Both the position numbers and the translations under genes were made by a program. The notes below the pieces were generated by a model. That model ran no database searches. It saw only the letters and a list, made by a program, of their open reading frames with translations, and was not told the DNA's origin. From Candidatus Methanomethylophilaceae archaeon (lineage in GTDB: Archaea; Thermoplasmatota; Thermoplasmata; Methanomassiliicoccales; Methanomethylophilaceae), in the NCBI GenBank assembly GCA_050950505.1, contig JBMNHS010000001.1:352001-416000 (forward strand): a stretch of DNA of 64,000 bases, in the 5' to 3' direction. The stretch's first letter is position 1. The number at the start of each line of letters is the position of its first letter. Positions 18,119 to 27,068 of this stretch are shown piece by piece.

Positions 18119-19005
18119 TTGACGCCCTTCAGGAAATCCGCCGCCGCCAATCCCGCAGTGCAGCCCTGACCGACCGCTCTCGCGACCTGCCAGGGTTTGC
18201 CGGTGACATCTCCGCAAGCGAAGAGGCCGGGTATCTTGGTGGCGCATTTCTCATCGACCTTCACGGTATCGTCGATTTCGGGCATGAGATCCATGTCCAT
18301 GACCAAATCCGCGGCGGACTTGGCGCCCAATTCTATGAACACCCCGTTGAGCGAGAGTTCGGTACCGTCTTTCAGGACAAGGGAAGTCACTCTGGTTTCG
18401 TCTCCGCGGATTTCCGCGGCAGGGGAACTTTTCATGACGACTCCTGCCAGCTTGGCCCGTTCCACAAGGGTCTTCACGGCTTTGGGTTTCTCGGTTATCC
18501 AGTACACATTGGATGCGTATTTGGACATGAGTTCCGCGGACAGGGCGGCTTCGGTTTCGTTGCCGATCACCGCCACGGTCATGCCTTTATAGAAACTGCA
18601 GTCGCAGACGGAACAGTAGCTTACGCCTTTGCCGATGAATTCCTTCTCGCCGGGAATTCCGAGTTTCACTCTGGAGATTCCTGTGGCGACAATGACCGCT
18701 TTTGCGGTGAATTCTTTCCCGCTTTCCGTGGTTATGAAGAATTTCTTGTCTTTCCTTTCGGCGGAAATGACGTTTTCTTCAACAAAGCCCGCCTCCGATT
18801 CCTTGACCTGCCCGATTCCCGCTTTCAGTATTTCGGAACCTTTGACAGGTCCGGAGATGCCGAAGTAGTTCACTATGTCGGCGTCGAACATCGCGGAATT
18901 TTCGGGTTTGCCTATCAGCACGGTCGAAACCTTCTTTCTGGCCGCATGGATTGCGGCCTGAATTCCGGCGGGTCCCGCACCGATGACCAGTACGTCCGTT
19001 TCCAT
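18115..19005 (-). CDS. trxB: thioredoxin reductase-like flavoprotein
   Basis: GAGPAG, GKGVSYCSVCD and GLFACGD motifs; adjacent to trxA. Confidence 0.88.
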   Translation of the reverse strand: METDVLVIGAGPAGIQAAIHAARKKVSTVLIGKPENSAMFDADIVNYFGISGPVKGSEILKAGIGQVKESEAGFVEENVISAERKDKKFFITTESGKEFTAKAVIVATGISRVKLGIPGEKEFIGKGVSYCSVCDCSFYKGMTVAVIGNETEAALSAELMSKYASNVYWITEKPKAVKTLVERAKLAGVVMKSSPAAEIRGDETRVTSLVLKDGTELSLNGVFIELGAKSAADLVMDMDLMPEIDDTVKVDEKCATKIPGLFACGDVTGKPWQVARAVGQGCTAGLAAADFLKGVK

Positions 19006-19006
19006 T

Positions 19007-19315
19007 TCAGGCACCGTTCACGGCCTCGACGATGTCGTTTTTGGGCCTGAGACCCACAAGGGTCTTGATGAGGTTGCCGTCCTTGAAAACCAGCATTGTG
19101 GGAATGGCGTTTATGTTGAATCTTACCGCTATGGCCTGATTGTCGCTGGTGTTGAGTTTCGCCACAGCGAAGTCGTGGCCCTCCGAAGCTATTTCTTCGA
19201 TTATCGGGCCCAGCATCCGGCAGGGTCCGCACCAAGGGGCCCAGCAGTCGATCAATACCTTCTTGTTGTTTTCGACAAATTCGTCGAAATTCGATTCATT
19301 GAGTTCGGTTACCAT
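19007..19315 (-). CDS. trxA: thioredoxin
   Basis: WAPWCGPC active site. Confidence 0.96.
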   Translation of the reverse strand: MVTELNESNFDEFVENNKKVLIDCWAPWCGPCRMLGPIIEEIASEGHDFAVAKLNTSDNQAIAVRFNINAIPTMLVFKDGNLIKTLVGLRPKNDIVEAVNGA

Positions 19316-19375
19316 ATTATGCCTCTCAATGTTATAGGCGGATTAAATAAATAACTTACACTATAACGAGGTCTG

Positions 19376-19648
19376 ATGTTGGAAACGATTTCGAACATAA
19401 AGGGACTCGAAATATACACTCCCGAAGGAATTTTCGTGGGAGTGGTGGACGAAGTCATCATCGATCTGTCCACAATGAAAGCTTCCGGGCTTTACGTGGA
19501 GAAGGCCAGCCCGGTGTTGGTTGACGACAATGTGTCGATATCCATTCCCTTTTCGTGGATAAGGGGAATCGGAGACGTGGTTGTTCTCAGAAACTTTCCC
19601 GATCGCGTCTCTGCCGGGGCGGCTCCCCAAGAGGACTGTCCCCTATGA
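19376..19648 (+). CDS. PRC-barrel domain protein
   Basis: GLEIYTPEGIFVGVVDEVIID...IPFSWIRGIGDVVVL. Confidence 0.85.
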   Translation: MLETISNIKGLEIYTPEGIFVGVVDEVIIDLSTMKASGLYVEKASPVLVDDNVSISIPFSWIRGIGDVVVLRNFPDRVSAGAAPQEDCPL

Positions 19649-20177
19649 TTTCAACGATGAGATCCAAATCGAATCCCACGGTTTCCGATAATTCCTTGTG
19701 AAGTTCGATTATGCGTTCCGCCCCGCCGAAGGCATCTTTCGCCATGAGTTTCTCAACGGGGACTCTGTGGGAAACCACCAGGGAATCGCTTACGAGATTG
19801 TCGGCATGAGCCACTATTTTCTGTTCGATGGTTCTGGGATAATAATCTCCGGGGGGCAGATCGAAAGCTTGTATGTCATCATCGTCCAATCCCGCACCGG
19901 TATGCCTTTTGATGATTTCCGTCACGTCTTCCGGAAGACCCAGTTCTTCGGCCATCCGCGCGCCGATCGCCGCATGTCTGATGGTGTGGTCCTTCACCCG
20001 TCCCAGATCGTGAAGCAACGCCCCGGCCACAACCAGTTCCTTGTTCACGCCGGGTATTCTCGCGGCGATTATGTCCGCCACGGCTTTCACCGTTCGGCTG
20101 TGATGGATGATTCTGGGGGAACATCCCGCTTCTTTGAGTATGGCTATGCATTCTTTTTCGTCAGGAATTGTCGACAA
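19587..20177 (-). CDS. HD/HDIG-domain metal-dependent phosphohydrolase (TIGR00295-like)
   Basis: GALLHDLG, HAAIGA, RHTGAG and IVAHADNL motifs; TTG start inside the trm56 3' end. Confidence 0.87.
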   Translation of the reverse strand: MSTIPDEKECIAILKEAGCSPRIIHHSRTVKAVADIIAARIPGVNKELVVAGALLHDLGRVKDHTIRHAAIGARMAEELGLPEDVTEIIKRHTGAGLDDDDIQAFDLPPGDYYPRTIEQKIVAHADNLVSDSLVVSHRVPVEKLMAKDAFGGAERIIELHKELSETVGFDLDLIVEIIGDSPLGEPPRQRRDRESF

Positions 20178-20676
20178 CCGTCTTCCCCCTTTCATTCGGC
20201 ACCACCGTCATTTTTCCCCCTCTGTCCGAATACAGAGAACCTCCTCCCGTGTACGCATACAGGAATATCGCCAGAGCGGATATCTCGGAGTGGGGCTGAT
20301 TCCCCACGGAAACGTTGAAATCCGCCCGTTGGTACACCTCCGCGGGAACTTTTTCTGCGCCCACCACGATCATCATGTCCCGGTCCTTGGGTATTTTGGG
20401 AAGCGCTTCGTCCATTCTCTGTCCGTACATGGTGAGATGAACCACGGTGCCGTCAAAATCTTTCAAAGCGTCTTTCCACTTCACGCCGGTTTTGATTTCA
20501 AACCCGCCGCCGAAACGTTCGGTCACTCCGTGAATTCCTTCCTCGAGCCCGGGATCCCGGGTGTCCACGTAAACAGCGGACGCTCCCAAAGCCCTTGAGG
20601 ACAATGCCACATGGGTGGTCACCCGTTTGTCCCTGTCAGGTCTGTGACCTATTCTCATTATCCGTATTTCGGACAT
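20161..20676 (-). CDS. trm56: tRNA (cytidine56-2'-O)-methyltransferase
   Basis: RIGHRPDRDKRVTTHV, HLTMYG, VGAEKVP and NQPHSE motifs. Confidence 0.95.
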   Translation of the reverse strand: MSEIRIMRIGHRPDRDKRVTTHVALSSRALGASAVYVDTRDPGLEEGIHGVTERFGGGFEIKTGVKWKDALKDFDGTVVHLTMYGQRMDEALPKIPKDRDMMIVVGAEKVPAEVYQRADFNVSVGNQPHSEISALAIFLYAYTGGGSLYSDRGGKMTVVPNERGKTVVDNS

Positions 20677-20679
20677 GGG

Positions 20680-21180
20680 TTACTCTTCTGGCAGGGGCTC
20701 TATTCTGTGACCGCGGTAATCCATCTTTACGGATCTTCTTACAAGACTCTTCAGCATGGTTGACGTGAGATTGAGCGTTTCCGCAACGTCTCCGGAAAAT
20801 CTGCCGGTTTTGCCGAGTTCTTTTAAAATTCTGTTTTCGGTTTCCGTAAATTCGTCATCGCTCATCATGGCGGCAGCCAAGACGTCGCTGATTTCGTATA
20901 CCGGCCACTGAGCGTTTATGCTGAAAGAAGTGTAATAGGAATGGTATGATTTTTCGGGATAATTCCCGTCCACGGATAGCCATCTGGTCTCTACCAGTTT
21001 CATTTTTTCGAAGAAAATTAATGCATCCCTGCCCTCGGCACCGAATTTCTCTTCAATCTGTCCGAGCGTTCTCCACTCCAAGGTCACTTCCTTTAACACC
21101 TCCCGTTTTACGGGGGTGTCGACGGATCTGAGCACGGGCACAAGCTCAGAGGGTTCGTTTATGACCTTGATTTTATTCAT
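20680..21180 (-). CDS. conserved archaeal ArsR-like winged-helix protein
   Basis: INEPSELVP, LVETRW and PEKSYHSYY motifs of a conserved euryarchaeal family. Confidence 0.75.
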   Translation of the reverse strand: MNKIKVINEPSELVPVLRSVDTPVKREVLKEVTLEWRTLGQIEEKFGAEGRDALIFFEKMKLVETRWLSVDGNYPEKSYHSYYTSFSINAQWPVYEISDVLAAAMMSDDEFTETENRILKELGKTGRFSGDVAETLNLTSTMLKSLVRRSVKMDYRGHRIEPLPEE

Positions 21181-21408
21181 GAAACTATAACGATACGTTA
21201 GAAATATAATACTATTCTCATTTAAACATGGATTTAGTAAGAAAACCCGTATGTTTTAGTTGTATTTTAATAAAGCGGGAAAAGATTTGCCCCGTTTATA
21301 TGTGCGGCATCGTCATATTTTTATGAGCTTTAGTTGTAAAAATACCTGCGGAATTTGACAAAAGACTTTACTAAACCTTTATTAAGCGGACATCGCTTCT
21401 CCGTATCA

Positions 21409-21579
21409 ATGGCAAAGAAAAGAGAGCCCGAACTGCAGTTCCAGTGCCTCAAATGCTACAAAACCTACCACGGAGAGAACGGGGAACAGAAAGCCCTGGA
21501 CTGTTGCGGTTCGTATGTACAGGCGTTCTGGAAATATTACTCCAGATGGGGCGAAAAACTCAAGTGGTACGGTCGCTGA
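21409..21579 (+). CDS. small Cys-rich protein (CxxC...CC), putative metal-binding
   Basis: 56-aa ORF MAKKREPELQFQCLKC...DCCG; TTTATTAA box about 24 nt upstream. Confidence 0.6.
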   Translation: MAKKREPELQFQCLKCYKTYHGENGEQKALDCCGSYVQAFWKYYSRWGEKLKWYGR

Positions 21580-21648
21580 TCGTCTCCGACGTACGTACGG
21601 TTTTTACTTTAACGCATAAATGCATATATTCAATCGCAGGTGGATCGA

Positions 21649-21963
21649 GTGAAAACTGAAACAGGCGTGACCAGCGGAGCGTACAAGGAAATCGAGTTGA
21701 TAGAACGGCATATCCGAATGCTGTATGCCACGAAAATGAATCAGCCCGTGGGGATCATCCGTCTTTCGGAAATTCTGAATCTCCCCCGCCACAAGGTACG
21801 TTATTCACTGAGAATGCTGGAGAAAGACGGAGTCATCATCGCCACCCCGGAAGGGGCCGTCGTATCGGATCGTTATGAGGCATTCATGGAAGAAACCCAT
21901 GAGTATCTTACCCATCTGATTGAACGCATAAAGGCTGTCAAAGACCTCGTACCAGATACATAA
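21649..21963 (+). CDS. winged-helix protein (COG3388-like)
   Basis: RH..ML....NQPVGIIRLS...HKVRYSLRMLE..G.I.ATPEGA; GTG start after AGGTGG. Confidence 0.8.
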   Translation: MKTETGVTSGAYKEIELIERHIRMLYATKMNQPVGIIRLSEILNLPRHKVRYSLRMLEKDGVIIATPEGAVVSDRYEAFMEETHEYLTHLIERIKAVKDLVPDT

Positions 21964-21999
21964 CTGTTTAATATAAGTCCAACTTTGCACAATTCACAG

Positions 22000-22075
22000 G
22001 CCGTCGTAGCTCAGTCGGTAGAGCGCGTGACTGTTAATCACGAGGTCCACGGTTCGAGCCCGTGCGACGGCGCCA
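22000..22075 (+). tRNA. tRNA-Asn(GUU)
   Basis: GCCGTCG/CGACGGC acceptor stem, CGTGA-CTGTTAA-TCACG anticodon arm, encoded CCA. Confidence 0.95.
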
Positions 22076-22124
22076 TTCTTTCACGATATCTTTTTAACTG
22101 ACTCCCATATATCCGTCATTACTG

Positions 22125-22198
22125 GGGCTCGTAGCTTAGGCTGGTAGAGCGCCCGGCTCATAACCGGGTGGTCGTCGGTTCAAATCCGGCCGGGCCCA
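22125..22198 (+). tRNA. tRNA with CAU anticodon, probably tRNA-Ile2 rather than Met
   Basis: GGGCTCG/CGGGCCC acceptor stem and CCCGG-CTCATAA-CCGGG arm. The GGGC 5' end is typical of archaeal Ile tRNAs. Confidence 0.88.
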
Positions 22199-22376
22199 CT
22201 TCTTAATCCATTTCACGCTTCCGACGCATTTTTGCCGTTGATGTGCCAATGGGTTTTTTTGACGGACTTTTCACCCATGAATGCAACAATAAATCGGAAA
22301 GGCTTAATTATAGGCAGACTTGTTCTGCCTCTTATAGATAAATGGTCGGTAAAGACCTGCTCCGGGGAAGACCTAT

Positions 22377-24314
22377 ATGATTGATATCAAATTTAAAGAA
22401 AGAAACAAAGTGCCCAGAATGCCGCGTATCGCAAAAGCCTTGACGCAGTGCGTGCAGTGCGGATATTGCATCGATGTCTGTGAAGCCCACGAAAGGACTC
22501 CGTGGGAATCCGTGACCGCCAGAGGCAAAATTTATTACCTTAACCAATTGGACAAGGTCGGATTCGGCCTTGTGGACAAAGCGCTCGGAAGGAAAATTTC
22601 CGTAAGCCCCGACTTCGTCGACGCGATGTACAAGTGCACGGGCTGCGGAAACTGCGAAGCCGTTTGCCACTCCAACATCCACCTCGTGGATCTCTGGGAA
22701 GACGTCAGGGCCTGGCTTGTCCAGTACGGATACGGACCCATGTCCGCCCACAAGGCCATGTACGAAAAAATCGAAACGGTCTACAATCCTTACGGCGAAG
22801 ATCCCCAGAAGAGGGACGCCTGGTGGCCCGAAGGGGTCGAAAAGACCGCGGTCCCCGATGTTCTTTTCTTTGCCGGATGCACCGGATCTTACAGAATGCA
22901 GGAACTCGCATCCGCGGGAGTCACGGTTCTTTCCAGAGCCGGAGTCACCGTGGGAACCATGGGCCCCGACGAGTGGTGCTGCACCTCTCCCATAATCAGG
23001 ACCGGAGCAAGAGGCCTGAGCCCCGAATTCTCCAGACACACCGTGGAAACCGCTGACGGCACCGGAGCCAAAGACATGGTCATGACCTGTTCCGGATGTT
23101 ACAAGACGATTCTGAACGACGCCGGCAAATATTACGCAAAGACCGGTCAGAACGTTTACCACTTCGCGCAGTACGTCGAGAAATTGATTTCCGACAGAAA
23201 ACTGCCCATGAACAACGAGTTCAACGTCAAAGCGACCTACCACGATCCCTGTCACCTCGGAAGGCACGCAGGGGTTTATGACGCCCCACGTAACGTCATC
23301 AAGAAAATCAAAGGTATCGATTTCGTCGAAATGTACCGCACCAGGGAATTGTCCAGATGCTGCGGCGCCGGCGGAGGATACAAAAGTCAGTACGGAGACA
23401 ACGCCGTCGCGATTGCCGGAGACAGAATCAGGGACGCCGAGGAAGTCGGTGCCGAACTTATCATCACGACCTGCCCCTTCTGTGTTCTGAACCTGAGGCA
23501 GGGCGCGAAGAAAATCGGATCTAAGATAAAGGTCATGGATTTGTCTGAAATTCTGCTTGCGGTCACCGGACCCAAGATTGAAAAGAAGCCCACGGCCGAG
23601 GAAGAAGCCGAAGACGTAAGAAAGATTCAGGCCGAAAAAGAGAAACTCCAGGCCGAACTGGAAGCCAAACTTGACGCGGTCAAACAGGCCGAACAGATCA
23701 AAGAAGAAAAGGTTGCCAAAATCAAAGCCGAAAGCGATATGGCAAAACTGAGAGCGGACAGACTCAAGGCTGAGGAAGAGGCCGCAAAACTGAGAGCGGA
23801 CAGACTCAAGGCTGAGGAAGAGGCCGTGAGAATCGATGCAGACATCCTCCCCCAAATCAGAGCGGAAGAGGAAGAGGCCGCAAGAATGGCTCTCGGAAAA
23901 GAAAAGGCTGAACCTGTCAAGGAAGAACCCAAGAAGGAAACTTCCGAAGACAAATCGGAACCGGACGATTGGACCGCAAATGAAACCGATGAGGTTTACA
24001 TAGACGACTACACCGATTACAGCCCCGAAGCCATGGTCAGAAGGGCCGCTTGGAACAAGGGTCTCAGATGCAGAAGGGACTACGGTCCGGACAAGATTCC
24101 GGTGGCTTTCGTCGGGGGAAAGGTCGCGGTGTTCGTGGAACCCGCAGATGCGGACAGGACTCTGGACAACAAGCTCATATCCAAAGGTTGGACCGTCCTC
24201 AGATACGATGAGAACGATGTCACCGACGGTTTGAAAGAAGGCGATGAAATCGATGAGGCCGTCAAGGAGAATCTCAAAACCAAGAAACGCGCCCGCAAGA
24301 GCCGCAAGAAGTAA
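22377..24314 (+). CDS. HdrD-like Fe-S oxidoreductase (2x[4Fe-4S] + two CCG domains) with coiled-coil linker and C-terminal Vsr/DUF559-like domain
   Basis: CVQCGYCIDVC, CTGCGNCEAVC, FAGC..WCC..TCSGC and YHDPC..CCGAGGG..TCPFC motifs; about 240-aa C-terminal extension. Confidence 0.85.
   Translation: MIDIKFKERNKVPRMPRIAKALTQCVQCGYCIDVCEAHERTPWESVTARGKIYYLNQLDKVGFGLVDKALGRKISVSPDFVDAMYKCTGCGNCEAVCHSNIHLVDLWEDVRAWLVQYGYGPMSAHKAMYEKIETVYNPYGEDPQKRDAWWPEGVEKTAVPDVLFFAGCTGSYRMQELASAGVTVLSRAGVTVGTMGPDEWCCTSPIIRTGARGLSPEFSRHTVETADGTGAKDMVMTCSGCYKTILNDAGKYYAKTGQNVYHFAQYVEKLISDRKLPMNNEFNVKATYHDPCHLGRHAGVYDAPRNVIKKIKGIDFVEMYRTRELSRCCGAGGGYKSQYGDNAVAIAGDRIRDAEEVGAELIITTCPFCVLNLRQGAKKIGSKIKVMDLSEILLAVTGPKIEKKPTAEEEAEDVRKIQAEKEKLQAELEAKLDAVKQAEQIKEEKVAKIKAESDMAKLRADRLKAEEEAAKLRADRLKAEEEAVRIDADILPQIRAEEEEAARMALGKEKAEPVKEEPKKETSEDKSEPDDWTANETDEVYIDDYTDYSPEAMVRRAAWNKGLRCRRDYGPDKIPVAFVGGKVAVFVEPADADRTLDNKLISKGWTVLRYDENDVTDGLKEGDEIDEAVKENLKTKKRARKSRKK
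23742..23825 (+). repeat. exact 2 x 42-bp tandem repeat encoding AKLRADRLKAEEEA
   Basis: gcaaaactgagagcggacagactcaaggctgaggaagaggcc at 23742 and 23784. Confidence 0.95.
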
Positions 24315-24331
24315 TCCGGATCCGGAAAAAG

Positions 24332-27067
24332 ATGTCCTTTGAAACGCTGAGCCCCTGGCTTACGGACATACTTCACAAAAGGGGCATCCATGAACCTACC
24401 GAACCTCAAGCAGACGCCATCCCGAAAATATCCGCCGGTCAGAACGTTCTGCTGATAGCCCCCACCGGCATAGGAAAAACCGAAGCCGCAATCCTGCCGA
24501 TATTGGACGAAATCCACAAAAGCGGCGGGGAAGGGTTTCAGTGCCTGTACATCACGCCCCTGAGGGCGCTGAACCGGGACATGCTGAAAAGAATCCAGGA
24601 ATACGGGGAAGAATCCGGAATTTCCGTCGGCGTGAGACACGGGGACACGTCTCAGAGCGAACGTACCGCCCAATCCAAGAAACCGCCGAAGATACTGATC
24701 ACCACCCCGGAGACGGTACAGGTTCTTTTCACCGGAAAGGTTCTGAGGGAACATCTCAAAAACATCCGCTGGGTCGTCGTGGACGAGATTCACGAACTTG
24801 CGGACAACGAACGCGGGGCACAACTGAGCGTCGCGTTGGAACGTCTGGCGGCTCACGGCGGAGAGTTTCAGAGAATCGGACTGTCCGCCACCGTCGGAAA
24901 CGCCGAGCATGTCAAAAATTTCCTGGCCGGGGTCGGACGAAAAGTTACCGTCTGCAGACACGACACCCATCGGGATTACGACATAACCGTGGAAAGTCCG
25001 TTGCCGGAAAACAACCCCGTGCTGTTGGACAGACTGCAGACGGATCCGGACATGATGGGGGTCATGGTGCACGGACGCCGTCTCATCGAAGAAGGAAAAT
25101 CCACGTTATTTTTCGTGAACACCCGAGAGACGGCGGAATGGCTGGCGGCGAGATACCGCCTTTGGGACGAGGATTTTTCCATTGACGTCCATCACGGATC
25201 CCTTTCCAAAGAAACAAGAATGGAAATGGAGGACCGTTTCAAAAACGGAAATCTCAAATCCCTTCTGTGCACCTCCTCGTTGGAATTGGGAATCGACGTG
25301 GGAAGCACGGATTTGGTGATACAGTTCAACTCCCCCCGTCAGGTTTCGAGAATGATTCAACGGGCGGGACGGGCGGGGCACCGCATCGGCGAACTCATCA
25401 AAGCAAGGATACTCGCGGTGGCCCCCGACGAAGTGGCGGAAGCCATGGTCATCGCCAGAAAATGCGAAGACCGGGAAACGGAAAGTCTTGAAGGACGGGC
25501 CTGTCCTCTCACCGTGGTCGCCAATCAGCTGATTGCGATGACCATGTCCGGCCGCGTCACCAGAGACGACGCTTTCGGGATTTTCAGAAAATCCCACTTT
25601 TTCAAAGACCTTGAAAGATCGGAAATGGACGAAGTGATCGAACAGCTGAAATCCATCAAGATTCTTTTCGAGGACGAAGAAGGGTTCAGACGCTCAAGGA
25701 GAGGAATGAATTATTTCTACGGAAACATTTCGATGATTCCCGACGAACGGTTCTATTGGATCCGCGATATCGGCACCCGTTCGGTAATAGGCACATTGGA
25801 CGAAAGTTTCGTGGCCACTTTTGCCGAAGAATATGCCATGTTCATCGCCAAAGGACGGACCTGGCGAATAATCGAGATGCGGGAAGAGGAAATTCTCGTT
25901 GAAGAAGCCCGGGAAATCGGTTCGGTTCCGTCGTGGACCGGTTCGGACATCCCGGTTCCCTATGAAGTCGCCATGGAAGTCGGCCGGATGCGCCGCATGA
26001 GAAACTACAACGACTATCCTTGTGATGCGCAAAGCAGGAAGGTCGTCGATGATTTCCTGAATTCCCAGGGGGATCAGGTTTTGCCCACTGACAAAATCAT
26101 AACCTTGGAAACGGGAGACCGTCTAGCAATCGTAAACTGCTGTTTCGGAACCAAGGTAAACGAGACCCTCAGCAAAATCATATCCGCGCTCCTCACCGCA
26201 AGATTCGGGGAAAGCGTGGGAGTCTCCACGGACCCGTACAGAATAATAATGGAACTTCCCAGAAACATCGGCAGGGAGGATCTGGAAAGCACTTTTGCGC
26301 TGATACGCCCGGGGACCGTCGAAGATCTCTGCAGAAAAACGATTCTGAATTCCACGTTTCTGAAATGGCGTTTTGTCTATGTCGCAAAAAAATTCGGCAT
26401 AATCGAAAAGGATGCGGACCACCGTTTCATGAATTTCAACAGACTGTTCGAAATGCACAAGGACACCCCCGCGTACAGAGAGGCGGTGAACAAAGTCCTT
26501 TGGGACGATCTGGACATACCCAACACGGAAAGGGTGCTTTCCAGGATTGCCGACGGAGAAATCGAAATCGTCTCGGGAAGAGTCGCCCCCGTGGGATTGG
26601 AGGGGGTCACCCGTTCCAAAGAACTGATGCAGCCGGTCAGAGCCAGTCATGCCATTCTCATGGCCATGAAAAAGAGGATAGACGACGAAGTCGTCTACGC
26701 CACCTGTATGAGTTGTGCCACCCAGAGAAGGCTCCGGGTGGGAGACGCCCCGAAAAAACTGAAATGCCCGAACTGCGGAAGCATCATGATTGCGGTGCTG
26801 AAAAGTTACGAAAGAGAGAACGCCAAACTTCTCGGAAAGGACAAGTTGACGCCCCATGAGAAAAAGGATCTTCAAAGAATGTCCAAGAATGCCAATCTTG
26901 TCATGGGCGACGGCAAACGCGCGGTGTTCGCCCTCGCGGGAAGAGGCATCGGACCGGACAGTGCCGCAAGACTGCTGAGAGGAATATTCGTGGACGAGGA
27001 TGATTTTCTCAGAGGAATCATGGCCGCCGAAGTTCAATATGCGAAAACCAAAAGGTTCTGGGACTGA
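24332..27067 (+). CDS. lhr: Lhr-family SF2 helicase with C-terminal Cys-rich zinc finger
   Basis: PTGIGKT, DEIHEL, SSLELGID and QRAGRAGH motifs; C-terminal CMSC...CPNC. Confidence 0.92.
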   Translation: MSFETLSPWLTDILHKRGIHEPTEPQADAIPKISAGQNVLLIAPTGIGKTEAAILPILDEIHKSGGEGFQCLYITPLRALNRDMLKRIQEYGEESGISVGVRHGDTSQSERTAQSKKPPKILITTPETVQVLFTGKVLREHLKNIRWVVVDEIHELADNERGAQLSVALERLAAHGGEFQRIGLSATVGNAEHVKNFLAGVGRKVTVCRHDTHRDYDITVESPLPENNPVLLDRLQTDPDMMGVMVHGRRLIEEGKSTLFFVNTRETAEWLAARYRLWDEDFSIDVHHGSLSKETRMEMEDRFKNGNLKSLLCTSSLELGIDVGSTDLVIQFNSPRQVSRMIQRAGRAGHRIGELIKARILAVAPDEVAEAMVIARKCEDRETESLEGRACPLTVVANQLIAMTMSGRVTRDDAFGIFRKSHFFKDLERSEMDEVIEQLKSIKILFEDEEGFRRSRRGMNYFYGNISMIPDERFYWIRDIGTRSVIGTLDESFVATFAEEYAMFIAKGRTWRIIEMREEEILVEEAREIGSVPSWTGSDIPVPYEVAMEVGRMRRMRNYNDYPCDAQSRKVVDDFLNSQGDQVLPTDKIITLETGDRLAIVNCCFGTKVNETLSKIISALLTARFGESVGVSTDPYRIIMELPRNIGREDLESTFALIRPGTVEDLCRKTILNSTFLKWRFVYVAKKFGIIEKDADHRFMNFNRLFEMHKDTPAYREAVNKVLWDDLDIPNTERVLSRIADGEIEIVSGRVAPVGLEGVTRSKELMQPVRASHAILMAMKKRIDDEVVYATCMSCATQRRLRVGDAPKKLKCPNCGSIMIAVLKSYERENAKLLGKDKLTPHEKKDLQRMSKNANLVMGDGKRAVFALAGRGIGPDSAARLLRGIFVDEDDFLRGIMAAEVQYAKTKRFWD

Positions 27068-27068
27068 A

